From NCBI GenBank assembly GCA_028534125.1, contig CM052817.1, forward strand, positions 73,844,001 through 73,908,000: a DNA stretch of 64,000 nucleotides. Direction: 5' to 3'. A program made the translations under genes and the position numbers. The notes under the pieces were generated by a model. The model was not told the origin of the DNA and ran no database searches. It worked only from the letters and a program-made list of their open reading frames with translations. Of the stretch, positions 14,230 to 27,004 are shown one piece after another (positions within the stretch are counted from its first letter, which is position 1; every line of letters begins with the position of its first letter). The DNA comes from Lama glama (lineage: Eukaryota).

Positions 14230-14729
14230 NNNNNNNNNNNNNNNNNNNNNNNNNNNNNNNNNNNNNNNNNNNNNNNNNNNNNNNNNNNNNNNNNNNNNNN
14301 NNNNNNNNNNNNNNNNNNNNNNNNNNNNNNNNNNNNNNNNNNNNNNNNNNNNNNNNNNNNNNNNNNNNNNNNNNNNNNNNNNNNNNNNNNNNNNNNNNNN
14401 NNNNNNNNNNNNNNNNNNNNNNNNNNNNNNNNNNNNNNNNNNNNNNNNNNNNNNNNNNNNNNNNNNNNNNNNNNNNNNNNNNNNNNNNNNNNNNNNNNNN
14501 NNNNNNNNNNNNNNNNNNNNNNNNNNNNNNNNNNNNNNNNNNNNNNNNNNNNNNNNNNNNNNNNNNNNNNNNNNNNNNNNNNNNNNNNNNNNNNNNNNNN
14601 NNNNNNNNNNNNNNNNNNNNNNNNNNNNNNNNNNNNNNNNNNNNNNNNNNNNNNNNNNNNNNNNNNNNNNNNNNNNNNNNNNNNNNNNNNNNNNNNNNNN
14701 NNNNNNNNNNNNNNNNNNNNNNNNNNNNN
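14230..14729. other. Assembly gap (500 N)
   Basis: Run of N. Confidence 1.
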
Positions 14730-15947
14730 ATATCAAGTGCATTGATTTTTGAGACAAAAATCTAGTGGTGAATAAATTACATCTCTTTTTACTGGAAGGT
14801 CTTTTGTTGGAACTATCTTTGGCCTTAAGTAATTTAGAGAGCTAGTCATCTTTTGGTTATGGGCTCTTAGGATCATAAATATATAGATAAGTAATGAAAT
14901 GCTAAAGACATATCTTACATTTCTTTAATGCTGTATCTTTGTAAATAATTTAGTGTTGATGTAGAACAATTATTTCAAACAAATGAGATTAAAAGTATAT
15001 TTAGCTTAATTATAGATGTGACGTACATTCCTTCAAGTTTTCCCTTACATAGGTTATCAGGCTTTAAGTATGTGATTAGTGCTCTTAAAGAATCATCAAG
15101 AACTTTTATATCTCAGCTAAATTATTTCTCCATCCTAGCACATTAGCAGTACAGAGAGCATTTCCGTGAATGAGGTATTATTTAATGAATTCCCTGAAAT
15201 TTGTATTTTTGAAAGTGTTTTATTTCAGTTCATGGGCAGGAAATGTACTCTTGCCATCTGTGCTTCCAAATGAGAGCTACAATACTTAGTCATCTCTTTC
15301 TGCCGCTGCTTAATTACTTAACTCACTTTTTTCCCTGTATTTCACCTGGGGAAGCCATCTAGTTTCCAACAAAGCATTGTTTTTATGCTCTGTATTTTTT
15401 TTTAAATATAAATTCCAGGTTGTTTATTAAAATGCCACAATCTGCTCACTTCCTCCTAGTGTTCTTTCCCAAATGTGCCTATTTTGTGACTCTTACAAGT
15501 TGCATTACTCCATTTCGTAATCTCATATTTATTTTAGAGCAGTCGATAGTTATTAGCCTATTGTCAATTACATGAAGAGACTGTTAATGCTGCACATTAT
15601 GCATAAAATTGTTGAAACTACATTAAGTTGTCTACATATTGTACTAATTGTTAAGTTAAATAATATATGCTGTCAATCAGCTATCATGATAAAGAAATGG
15701 GTAAACTGATATTAAAAGAATTCCAATCCAGGTAATTATTCTTCTTGATAAGTAATAAGAAAATGGGTCAAACATTGTTTCCCTGAGTTTTGGCACTTTT
15801 TAATTGCGTGTGTTCTGTTTTCTTCTAGTGTGCAGTGTTTCTGTGATGTCAGGCTATTCTGATGTTTTTCACAATTGTAATCATGTTTTGTAGTTGGTGT
15901 ATATTCAACAGGTAATTCTTTCTCCGTCTTTCTATGATTATTTCAAG

Positions 15948-16092
15948 GTGATGACACAATGACAGGTGATGGGGGAGAATACCTTAGACCCGAGGATCTA
16001 AAAGAACTGGGTGATGACTCTCTACCCAGCAGTCAGTTCCTGGATGGTATGAATTACCTGCGTTACAGCTTGGAGGGAGGACGCTCTGACAG
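15948..16092 (+). CDS. ANK2: Exon, 145 nt, linker: (G)[47 protein letters not shown](S)
   Basis: ttcaag|GTGAT...GACAG|gtattc; phase 1-2; absent from the ORF track, read manually. Confidence 0.95.
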
Positions 16093-18335
16093 GTATTCAC
16101 GTAAAGCTTTCATTTGGTATCAGAAGTGAGCATAACACATTTTTACGATGGTAATTTAAAAAGTAGACACAATTATTGACACTTAAGGGGCATCTCACTG
16201 CTCTCAGGAGTTCTCTGACAACTCTAAGTGTCCATGTTAAAGCACAGGAAACTGAAGCCTGGAGAGACTAAGGCTTAGTAAAAGTCAAACATCATAAGAA
16301 GCAGAGCCATGATCAATGAAGAGCCCACTTCCGTTAAATATGATGTTTTTAATCATCTGCAACTTTCTTCTCCAGGCAAATAAAAAGGACAGTTTTGCCT
16401 TACGGGCACTCTTACTAAATGGCAATTATAGATACTTCCAGTCCTCTTGGGTTTTTTTGGATGTGCCCTGGTTTCTGTGAACAGAAGTATGCTGTGAAGA
16501 AGGATTAAAAAGTAACAAATTCTGAAGGAAACTTTGCCTGGAACTGACTTTTTATGAAAAAGAATCAGAACAGAATCCCCCAAGAGCCTGGATACCAAAA
16601 GTGATCTGAGCAAAATCTAAAGGAGCCTAGGTTTCATAGCCAAACCTGAGGAGGTTTATATAATATTCTGAAATATACAATCAATTTTATTTTTTGGTTA
16701 TTGCTAATTAATGCAATTGGTGTTTATGATTTTTTAAGACAAACCGATTAAGAACATTCCATGGTAACTCATTATAAGCATGACTGTCACCTTCGGTTAA
16801 GATTATGGTTGTCCATATGGTGTAATGTCTGTTGCTAATCAATAATCCCAGGTTTATCATTTGAATCTTGGCTCTATTTTAAGCTATTTCCAGCATAGTT
16901 GGGGTCTAAGAAATAAATACTGTAAAGAATAGTCAATTCTAAATGGATAGCTAGCAAAAACAAGCTTTTCTTAGTTTTTTTTTCCATGAGTACTAATGCT
17001 CTCCTCCTATCTTTTTTTTTTTTAATTTGATGTGCATGTAATAAGTGCCTTTCTGGGCTGGCTTTGTGGTAGGTGCTGGAGATGCAAACATGATTAAGAT
17101 ACAGTCACTACATTCATAGTCTCATGAAGAGGCAGAGAGACAAGGCTAGTGGTACCCACTGAGTGTAACTGGAACCTTGAGGCTCAGGCTTCCTGCAGGA
17201 GATGAGCCCAAACCAAGACAGGATGATGAGTAGTGATGGTGAGGAAAGGTGAGGAGGGCATTTGAAGCCTTAATATAATGAGCAAAGACTCATGGTGTGT
17301 GAGAGAAACTAGATAGTGCAGTGTCGCTGAAATGTAAGTATAAGGAGGGAAGGTTACATTCGCATTTGGCATCCCTGTGATGGTGAGGTAGAGGATGAAT
17401 TTTAGAGGAAAACTGTCAAAGAGTTAAACCTGGCAGCAGCAACCATCTGAGAAACTATTGCAGTAATTTTAGTGGAAGTTACTAAGACAAGATTTGAACT
17501 TTGGTAGTAGCAGTCATGGGGAACATTTTAGAAATGAAAAATTTGAGAACGTATCTATGAGGTAAAACTGGTCAGATTTGGTGATGGATTTCATGGGGTA
17601 GGTGAAGAAGAAGAAGATTTGATTGACTTTGTGGCTTCAATGACTTAGACAGAGAGTGGTCTGTGGGATCAGAAGGAGGAGCTACTTGGAGGGTGAGGGT
17701 AGCAAGGTCTTGTGACGTATCAGTGTTCTGGATATTGAATTTTGACACACTGACAGATTTAGACCTCACAATCTGAGATTCTTAAAAGACTTCAGATTTC
17801 AATAAAATGAAATGTTTATGGCTTTGTACAAATTCATAATAATCTATGAATAATCATTACTGCCATCCAAAAAGTCTTTTTTTTTTCCCCAGCTTGGTCA
17901 GTTTTATTAAGAATAAGTGCTTGATGTGATCCTTTTGCCTTCTTTGAAAACACTTAGTACTGAGAAAGAATTCAGAACAATATTTTCTATGAAACAGACG
18001 TCCATGGTTTGATGATTCTACCTGAGACAGGGACAGGAAACAAAGAAGATACGATCTGTTCTCCAGGTCCACACTTGCATTTCTAGAACACCAGATGTGT
18101 TCATGGTCTCCAGGATGGAATTATAGGCAGCATCCCATTTTCATGGTTGCAGTGTTTTATTTTTTAATTTTGCCGAGACAATTCAGTATGTCATCTTTTT
18201 TTGGTAACCATTTTTTTCCTTCTCATTATTTCTTTATTTGGTGTGCTTTCAATAGTACCATGCCCAGGTAGGTACTACATGGCATGAAAACATGACCCTT
18301 CCTGGATACATTCACATTTCCCTGCTCACTGCTCA

Positions 18336-18355
18336 GTGTGTGTGTGTGTGTGTGT
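18336..18355. repeat. (GT)n microsatellite
   Basis: gtgtgtgtgtgtgtgtgtgt. Confidence 0.9.
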
Positions 18356-20848
18356 TGACAGGGGGTGCTTATGTTCTAGAATTATGGATTTATTCTTAAA
18401 TTGTGATTTTTATGTATTAAACTGAATAACTTTTTGAGTTAGAAGGGTAAATGTTTTACTAGAATGAAAGTCTGTGGTATGTCCCAGGCCTGACTTTGCT
18501 TTATCTGTCACAGCTCCACCTTGTGGTTGAAGAAACATTAGCGTGGCTTCCCTCAAAGGAACCTAATAAGCCTCTGTATAGTTGGAGATGACAGATGATT
18601 CTGACACCTAAAATGTACATGGATACAGAAGAATAAAAATAGTTAAATTTTAATTACATTGAGCAGAAACAAAACCAAGTTCTGGTTAGCTAGATTTTGT
18701 GTCCATTTTATTTTATTATTGTTTACAAATTAAAAATGCTATTCAAATTCAACACAAAAGCCTAACAGTGAACCACGGAAGTTTTTCTATGTGTTAAAGT
18801 AAACACATTGAAGGTTTTGTATATTCACTTGTCCAGTAAGTTTGAAACACTGTTAATTGAATGTCTTATAAATATTGCAGCTTACTAAAATGGTAATTAT
18901 TACCATCTTAGCGGTAATACAGTAGAACTACAGACTTTGATACCACCTAATATATGTCCATAAAGCAGTTGTAATACAGTGAAAAAAAGTATAAATTTAA
19001 GATGGTAACAAAGTTTTGGCACATTCCTTAGCTGGACGGCAAGTAAATTTTTACACTTCTGTGGATATGTGTTATTGCCAAATTTATTAACTGAACAGCA
19101 CCACCTCTGACTTAAAAAAAATGGAAACTCTATTGTGAACTATTTAAACTTGTTTGCAATGTTTTAAATCAGGGTTTTAAATTAGACAGTTTAGATTGAA
19201 TTATTCTAGACCTTTGTGCTGGTCATTACTCCTTCAGAAAGAATAATTTTTTACTCTTGGAATAGTCTAACTTCATTTATTTCACTTAAGTAGATTCTAT
19301 GACATCATAGAAAAAAGAGCAATTGATTAAATAACATTTAGCATTTTAGAAGGCAGTAAACTAAATCTACCTAGTGACTAAGTTTCCTCTTGCTGTTATG
19401 AGCAGGCATTTTTAATCCTGCATCCCAGTGCCTCTTGCTCCTTTTGTGCATTCATTCATATAACTCTAACATTTTGCATGTGTAAATTCACAGTCTGGAT
19501 CTTTGAAGTTTAAAGTCATGGATAGAGATTATGTAATTAACAAATCTGAGCCCAGTAGAGCTTGATGGAGGAAAATGTTTGAGCCCATAGACAGCCATAT
19601 TATTTCAAGAGGTTGACCCCTCTACTGTTTTCTCTTGGCTCAGTTCAACACTAAATAAAGGATATTAGAATTTAGGAGCTGTTGATCTAATGCTGTCTGG
19701 TATAAAACACATAGAAGTGAATCTTAGCTATCTTTGTGGTTTAAAGCAGGAAAAAAAAAATATTCAGTCCACCAACTGAGAAGAGCTTTTGCTGAGATCA
19801 AAGACCGCTTTCCCCATTAATTTAATACTCTTTCCATCCTCAGTTTCAAGGTCAGGCCAAGGTTAGTCACAGCAGCCTGTTTATGAGTTGCACTGTCGAA
19901 ATCCAACTGCACAGCTGTAAAAACAGCTATAATATCAGTTGCTTCCAACTCCCTGGACTAAAACCTTTGTGGGTGGATTTACTAGGCATCCAGGCTGCTC
20001 CTGCCTTGGCTATGTAGGATCCTCAATCTTCTCCAAGAACCAATATAACGTAAAATAAAGACTTGCCAAATTCTGTTTAGATTTCCTTTTACTGTAAGCA
20101 CGAGATTTATGTAGGTGTAAAAATGTAGGATCAGGCAATCAAGGAAAGTTTTTTGATTCATGTTGTTTATTCTCTAATACTCGGCATCTACTTTGGGAGC
20201 ATAAATTCTACAGCAGAGTAGGAGGGAGAAGTCCCTGCATTACTCTGAATTATCTACCAAGTGATGATTCCTCAAAGATAATTGAAGTTGGCTATATTGA
20301 CACTTCATAAAGATGACAGTATATGACTTACAAAAGTAGATATAGTTTCTACTAATAAATATGCTAACTTGACATTTAGTCCATAATTCTATAGTGCTTC
20401 ACTGGCCAAATACCTACTAGCTGAAAGTAAATGAAGCCTTGTGTCTGTAAATATTGTGAAAGTTTGTGTATCTCTTTATTTTCCTCTATGGGCTTTAGGC
20501 TAATATTTTGAATACAGATCTTTAATTCTTGGACTAACATGTATAAAATATAGTTTATTTAAGATATCAATCTATTTGTCATTTGACTGTACAAATTAAC
20601 TAGAAAGGAATGAAATGGCATCTGTGCAAATGTCAAGCTTCACTCATTGCATTTGAGCATATAATTCAGAACTTTGAAATTCAGATTTATCAAAAATGTA
20701 AAGCATTGATTATCAAGGCCTAAATCCCATTTTGAAGCCACACCTCATTTTTGCTCAGTGTCCATTGGCAGTTCGTTTTCCGTGCTGGCAGATGTGTACG
20801 TGTTGTGGCTTGGTCTTAAAAACGTGGTCTCTTGTGCCCTTGCGTCTC

Positions 20849-20862
20849 GTTGCCGTAGCAAC
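20849..20862. promoter_or_regulatory. RFX X-box motif
   Basis: GTTGCCGTAGCAAC fits the consensus GTNRCC(N0-3)RGYAAC exactly; function untested. Confidence 0.55.
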
Positions 20863-21574
20863 CAGCTCTCTTTGGTGCTTCACTCACCGCTCACAGGACG
20901 TGCACAGGGAACAGTGCTGTCCTTTGAAATAGCATTGTTGGAAACACCAGAGACAAACAAGAGGAACCCCACTTCCACAGGAAGCATGCATCCGCCCATA
21001 GTTCATCTCGCTCTGTACCTTCCAGGGGTGTGTACCAACGTTCAGTCATTCACAGTTGGAGAGGAAAAGGAAGAGGCATGGAGAGAAAGGAAAATGAGTG
21101 AAAATGAAACCTGTGCTTTCATTTTGTTCTTTCTGAGGGCTGTCTTATTCCCCCCGCTAATATTTTTCTTAGCTGCAGGGAGATGAACATTTAACGCAGA
21201 TTTAAGCCATCTATCCTGGAACTGTTTTCTTATACTGGCTGGAAATAAGCTACAGTTGCTGGTTTCAAACATTTCTTGGAAGAAAATGAATCAGATTAGG
21301 AGTATCAAATTTTATCTTCTGGATTCCCTGGTGCCCTTGCCATTGAATGGTAGGAACCAGTCAAAAGATGTGTTAGTTTAGTTGTTGGACAGAGAGGTAC
21401 TGAACACAGAAACCTGTGTGTCCTTCTTCTACGGTTGCAATTAATGTCCCCCTGGAAGTTGCACTGTTAGCTAACAGCATGCTTTTTTCATTCTCCTGCT
21501 CGGCTCACTATTTCATCCTCCCAACCCTACCTCTGCTGTTGGTACATGACCATGACCTCCTGCCAACCTACCAG

Positions 21575-21677
21575 CCTTCGATCCTTCAGTTCCGACAGGT
21601 CTCACACCCTGAGCCATGCCTCTTACTTGAGGGACAGTGCCATGATCGACGACACAGTTGTGATCCCCAGTCACCAG
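21575..21677 (+). CDS. ANK2: Exon, 103 nt, linker: (S)[34 protein letters not shown]
   Basis: taccag|CCTT...CAG|gtatgt; phase 2-0. Confidence 0.95.
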
Positions 21678-22353
21678 GTATGTGACTTTTTGCCTTCACG
21701 TTTCTGCTTTCTGGAGAGCTTTTTAACATAATCTGATGCTGGAAATGTCCAGAGGAGGTTTTTTAATCTAAAAAAAAAAAAATCACCTAAGTCAGTTGAC
21801 AAGCTAGTATCCAAGATTTGAGAGTTTTTCTGAAACATAAAAAAATATTTGCTGGATTTTTCAATGAGTAGAGATTTTCTAAAATAATATACCTTTTGTT
21901 TCTTCAGCTATATTGAATTATTCTGTGCAGATTATATGTAAAACTCAGTTTCTTTCTTAAATCTCTATTAAAGGAAAAAAGTAATAAGGTGAATGGTACA
22001 GGTTAGAATATGTCTCTCAATATTTAAAATTGTTATCTATTAGAAAAGATGTAGGGTTTGTTATGAATATTTTAATCTGAGGTATGATTTTATCAGTTTT
22101 GGCTGGTTGGATATAGGGAAATGGATGAACGTCTACTCTTCTAAGACAATGACACAAATATGATCAATAATATCATTTAAATGGGAATCCATTATAAAAG
22201 ATACATTTTAAATGCCTCAGGCTTATATATGTTTTAAATGAAAGTTTTTCCAAGTAATACCACCTTCCTGGGATACCACTTTTTAGAGTTCATTATATTT
22301 TAATTCAATCAAAGAAAAGTATTTTTATTAAATCCAGTGTTCTTTGTGTTTAG

Positions 22354-22457
22354 GTGTCAACTCTCGCCAAGGAGGCAGAAAGGAATTCTTATCGTCTGAG
22401 CTGGGGCACTGAGAACTTAGACAATGTGGCTCTTTCTTCCAGCCCTATTCATTCAGG
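22354..22457 (+). CDS. ANK2: Exon, 104 nt: [34 protein letters not shown](G)
   Basis: tttag|GTG...CAGG|gtgagt; phase 0-2. Confidence 0.96.
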
Positions 22458-24159
22458 GTGAGTAAATCAATATTGTGTATCCAGATCAAGAGGTAGAAAG
22501 AGATGAGTGAAAATAACAGCTTTGTCCAGCAGCTTTAGCTGATGGCCAGCTCACAGGGGAAGTGACCTTTTTAAAAACGTGTCAGTGCTTCATCCAACAT
22601 GGACTCTATCCACACAAACAAACCGGCAAAAGGGGTTGAATTCAGCATAGAAAAACTGACTGTTGTTTTAAAATAACTAGTAGAATTGCGTCAAACAGCT
22701 TGCTAACTAACAGGAATATACCGATGGTCTCTTCCCATTCACATTTTGTCTTTAAGATGTTTTAAAAAGAGGGGCAGGATCATTTGCTTTTTTTTGAAAA
22801 TTCTCTTTACTTAAGATGAACTGACTGGTTTAATAGATGCCTGTCCTTACATATTAGTACATTTAAAATAATATTTATAGCAGTTTGAGTCACACAAATA
22901 TACACAGGAGCTATTTGAAGTAGGGATATACTAAGAAAGGGAAATTTGAAGGCAGCCAGACAGGTTCTCGGTTATCTTTTAAAAGTCACTCGGATAATCT
23001 ACGTGCCACTAGTTAAGAAATGCTGCCTATTTATATTAACTCATTAAAAACTGGGACTCTGAGTTAATAATTTTAAACATTCTTAAGGATGTTCTTAAGT
23101 TATAAGAATTCAATTATGTAGAATATAAATTCCTTAAGGAGTTTTAAATTATATTTTTCATACACTCTTCATTCTTGGTTTTTTCCTTACATGCTAGTGG
23201 TTTCCAGTTATATAGTAATTGCATGACTATATATACACTTTTAAAATAGTTTTTATTCAATTGCTTCTTAAGCCCCCACTTTTTTATCTAACTATATGTA
23301 ATATTTTGATTTAAATTTTCATCCCCAACTCCTTATCCATAATCCCCAGATCTATTTTGGGTAGTGGATCCTATCTTGTTTTTATTATTCTAAAATATTC
23401 TTCTTTCAGGAAAGCATTGTAAGATATTGTGGTTAAATTTTTGGATTTCTTAGTCTGATCTTCTGCTAAAGGCTTGTAGAATATAAAATTAGTTATATAA
23501 ATACTGAAAATAATCATAACATTCTTTATTAAATAAGTAAAAGCTAGTTCTTGATGCAAGCATTATTCAAGGGAATAAAAACCAATTAAACTGCATCCAA
23601 ATTTAACTACATATTTTTAAGTATAAAATGAGACAGTTAAAATCTGACAGCTATAAATTATTCAAAAAGCATAACACTGCATTATTCTAGTAAATTTCTC
23701 AACAATGATGAAAAGAAAAAAAAAGAAACTTGGATCTAGAGTGTTGATAAATAATAGATCAAAATCTGGAAGCCATAATCAAGTATTTGAGGTCCATACC
23801 CACAGCCTACAACTTGAAAGGTTATTTAAAGCAAAATGTGATTAACTATTAGTAGCTGAATTTATAAAAGAGTCAAAATGTTATGGTAAAATTTTAATTT
23901 TCAAAATAGTTTACCTTAAAAAACTAATTTCTTAAAGAAGTCTTAACTACTGAAAGGTGGTGTTATACTTAGCTGAAGTACATCAGTATACATACCAACT
24001 GAATAAAACAAGATACATGCTCAAGTAGAGTTGATTATTTACGATGAACCAAGAGTATCCAGTGGTTAACGATTAATTACTTATTAAAATAAGGATCTTT
24101 AAAATCTTGGTCTGTAATAAATCAGTTTTTCTGTGAACTTCGAACGTGATCACCAACTC

Positions 24160-24290
24160 TAAACGTCAACTCTGGCTGCACACTGGAATCACCTGGGAGC
24201 TTTAAAAATACTGATGCCCAGGCCCCAGCCCAAACCAGTTACATCCCAGTCTCTGTTGTTGGGGCCTTGGCACTGGTAGTTTCTGCAAGC
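24160..24290. mobile_element. MER5-like hAT-Charlie fragment
   Basis: tggctgcacactggaatcacctgggagctttaaaaatactgatgcccaggcccc. Confidence 0.75.
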
Positions 24291-24584
24291 GCCAATAGTC
24301 CAGATATATATGTTTTATATAAAGTGTTAGAAAGAAACAACTGTGCCTAATAAAGCTCTGACTATAAGGGAGACTTAGGTAATTAACACATGGCTAGTTC
24401 TCTCAAATGTTTTTTACCCTTTCCATTTCCTTAAAGATTCATTCTTTGTACACTGTTGAATTTTACAATATACCAAACCTTGTACCAGGCACTAATAAAA
24501 ATAGATAAGTAAGACCTAGCCCTTACCTTTAGGAAACACACCTATATGTTGTTATTTGAATTTGAAGACAATCTATGGAAGAGA

Positions 24585-24825
24585 AATAACATGATGGTTG
24601 AGAGTGCTTTGGAGTCAGACCAATCAGAATTCAGATCCTGGCCCTGACACCCTATGTGACACTGAGCAAGTTGTATAAAATATCTTGAGTTTCAGTTTAC
24701 TTATCTATGAGATGAATGTTATCTTCTGGATTCCATAGGGGAGTTTTAAGGATTAGATGCTTCTTAAATAGTTAGCATTCTGCCTAGAAAGAGTAAGTAC
24801 TCAATAGGTTGTAGCCATTAGTATT
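24585..24825 (+). mobile_element. MIR SINE
   Basis: ggttgagagtgctttggagtcagac...tgtgacactgagcaagtt...tcagtttacttatctatga...gtaagtactcaata. Confidence 0.78.
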
Positions 24826-26968
24826 TATAAAATCCCCATTCACATCTTCCATATTTTTCACAAATTCCAATCAGTTATGCAGAAAGGATTCTGAGTCCTT
24901 TATGTGACAATACCAATGTGGTACAGTTCATAATGGCAGCATTTGACTTACTTCTATCAGGTAATCTATCATCTAGTTATGTCTCTACTACAGTATTTGA
25001 ACAAACAGTGCCCAATAGATGATTCTAGTAAGATGAGCAGTACCCACTGAAAACTCAAGGATTCTGAGTATGATGGTATTTGAAAGTTACCATGATATTA
25101 ATGTATGTAAATAACATTCATAATATCATATCATGTAACAATGATTTCTTGTAATTTTATTCACTTACACCAGGTTCCTGAGTAATAGTTTTTATATAGT
25201 GTTCAAGGAACTGAGTTTCCCTTTAACTAATTGGGTGAATTCTTAAGCCACTTTAAAATCTCCCCAAAATGTAAGAAAAAAAATTTTTGATAGAGGGGAT
25301 AATAAAGTTAGCTTTTATATACATATGCTACTAATTTGGTATATAATGTTCTATTAGATTAAAGGGATTTTAGATTAATATGAAACACAGCTTCTGCCAA
25401 TAAGGAGTGTTAGTGATTTTCTTTCACCTTTACTATTTCCAAAGACTAATGTTCATTGCTACAGGAAAATAAGCTTCAGTGATTAAAAAATATGTTCTGC
25501 CCAATAGATACAGCCAATTATCCGGGAAAAGAAAGGCTGACAGTAATATTTTTATTGTTCTTGAAGAAGTTGCATTACTCATTCACAATCTAACCAACAG
25601 TTGTTTCTAGTGTCACAATCATGATCATACCCAACACAAGCTTGGGTAAGAATTTGAACTACAATTCTCTATTTTCTAAGTGCGTAATGAATCAACAGAT
25701 ATTAGGCACAAGTTCCTAGGAATAGCTAGTTTCATGACTCATTTTAAATATTATTTCAAAGATCTTTATTTTTATAGTTTTTTAATAACACCCAAGTGCC
25801 AACAATTAAATCTCAGTTTATGATGTAACACTACAAGATATTATAGTAATGAGAAGTCCGTAAGAAAGAAATCTTTTAAAGGACTTCTTTTTCATAAAAA
25901 CATGTTGAAGACCATTTCACCATGAATCTAAAACTACTCTAAAAATGCAGTCTATTTTTAAAAACATGTAAAGTTGTTAGCTCAAATAGCAGAAGTTGAT
26001 ATTTGAAATACAAGGAAATTAAGGCTGTTTTTCATCTGACAACATTAATTTTTATCTAAGTATCTATAACAGTTAATTTAGCTGTTCGTGTATTTCAAAT
26101 ACTCTAATTTTTTTTAAAGATACATGAAAGTAAATTCTTCTAGGTGAAGAAAATTATTTTCTAAATAGCTAAATAGCTATTTCATAAGGTTGAATTTCCA
26201 GTCCAAAAGATACGTATATCCATTTGTTTATCATCAGGTGTTGAAAACCCAAGTGAACTCTATGAAAACTTAAAGAGTGTTTTGAGGAAGAGCAGACTCG
26301 GGTAGAAGAGGAGTGATAGGCAGGACTATAAAGTGGGATTAAACAATACCACCAGTGAGGAAGACAGCAATCCCCAAAACAGGGAATGAAAGTCTTGAAA
26401 AAAAGCACGAAGACTTTGTTTGCATAGTTTTCTGTTACCGACTAGTAGGTAATTAATGTTATAGTTTATGCTACTGTTTGTCATTGGAGCTATTTTTAAA
26501 ATTGTGCCTTTTCTGTTTGCATTTCTTCTGTAATAGCCCAAGAGGGCATTGCCATTATTTTGGAAGTATTAAAAACATGAACAAAAAGCTTTGGAATCAA
26601 AACTATGACCATCAAATCAAAGACCCTGTAACTGTCATTATAATGCCCCTTGATGTTTTTCAGTTTCTTGGACATTTAGACTTAAAGTGTCCATGTAAGC
26701 CAGTGTTGAATAGGGCTACAAAGCCATATCCAGAGATTTTGTTAAGATCCCAGTTCCCTAACCTGGGAGGTGCCACAAAGCTCCCATACCTGACTCTTCT
26801 CTCAGCATTTGCATAGAGCTATATCTCATTTATATTTCCATCTTTTTTCAAAGAAAACTGTATTGTTATATAGATAATATATTTCAGTTGAAAGTCACTT
26901 CTGATTTCTTTCTTTATATTTCCCTTTATCCATTCCTTCTCTGTGCTAAAGTATCTATTCTGTTGCAG

Positions 26969-27004
26969 CCGCACCTCTCCATGTCTTGATCGTGACAGCA
27001 GCAG
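26969..27004 (+). CDS. ANK2: Alternative 36-nt microexon: (G)RTSPCLDRDSS(S)
   Basis: ttgcag|CCGCACC...AGCAG|gtgaac; phase 2-2 and stop-free; resembles the RxSPCLxRDxSS insert I recall from some ankyrin-B isoforms. Confidence 0.82.

Noticed and set aside
14227..14757. 176-aa ORF
   Set aside because: Artefact of the 500-N gap; the gap could hide sequence but nothing can be called
15894..15911. Apparent 18-nt in-frame microexon (tag|TTGGTGTATATTCAACAG|gtaatt)
   Set aside because: The following intron would be only 36 nt, too short to splice; using the CAG at 15911 as an upstream acceptor instead hits an in-frame TGA
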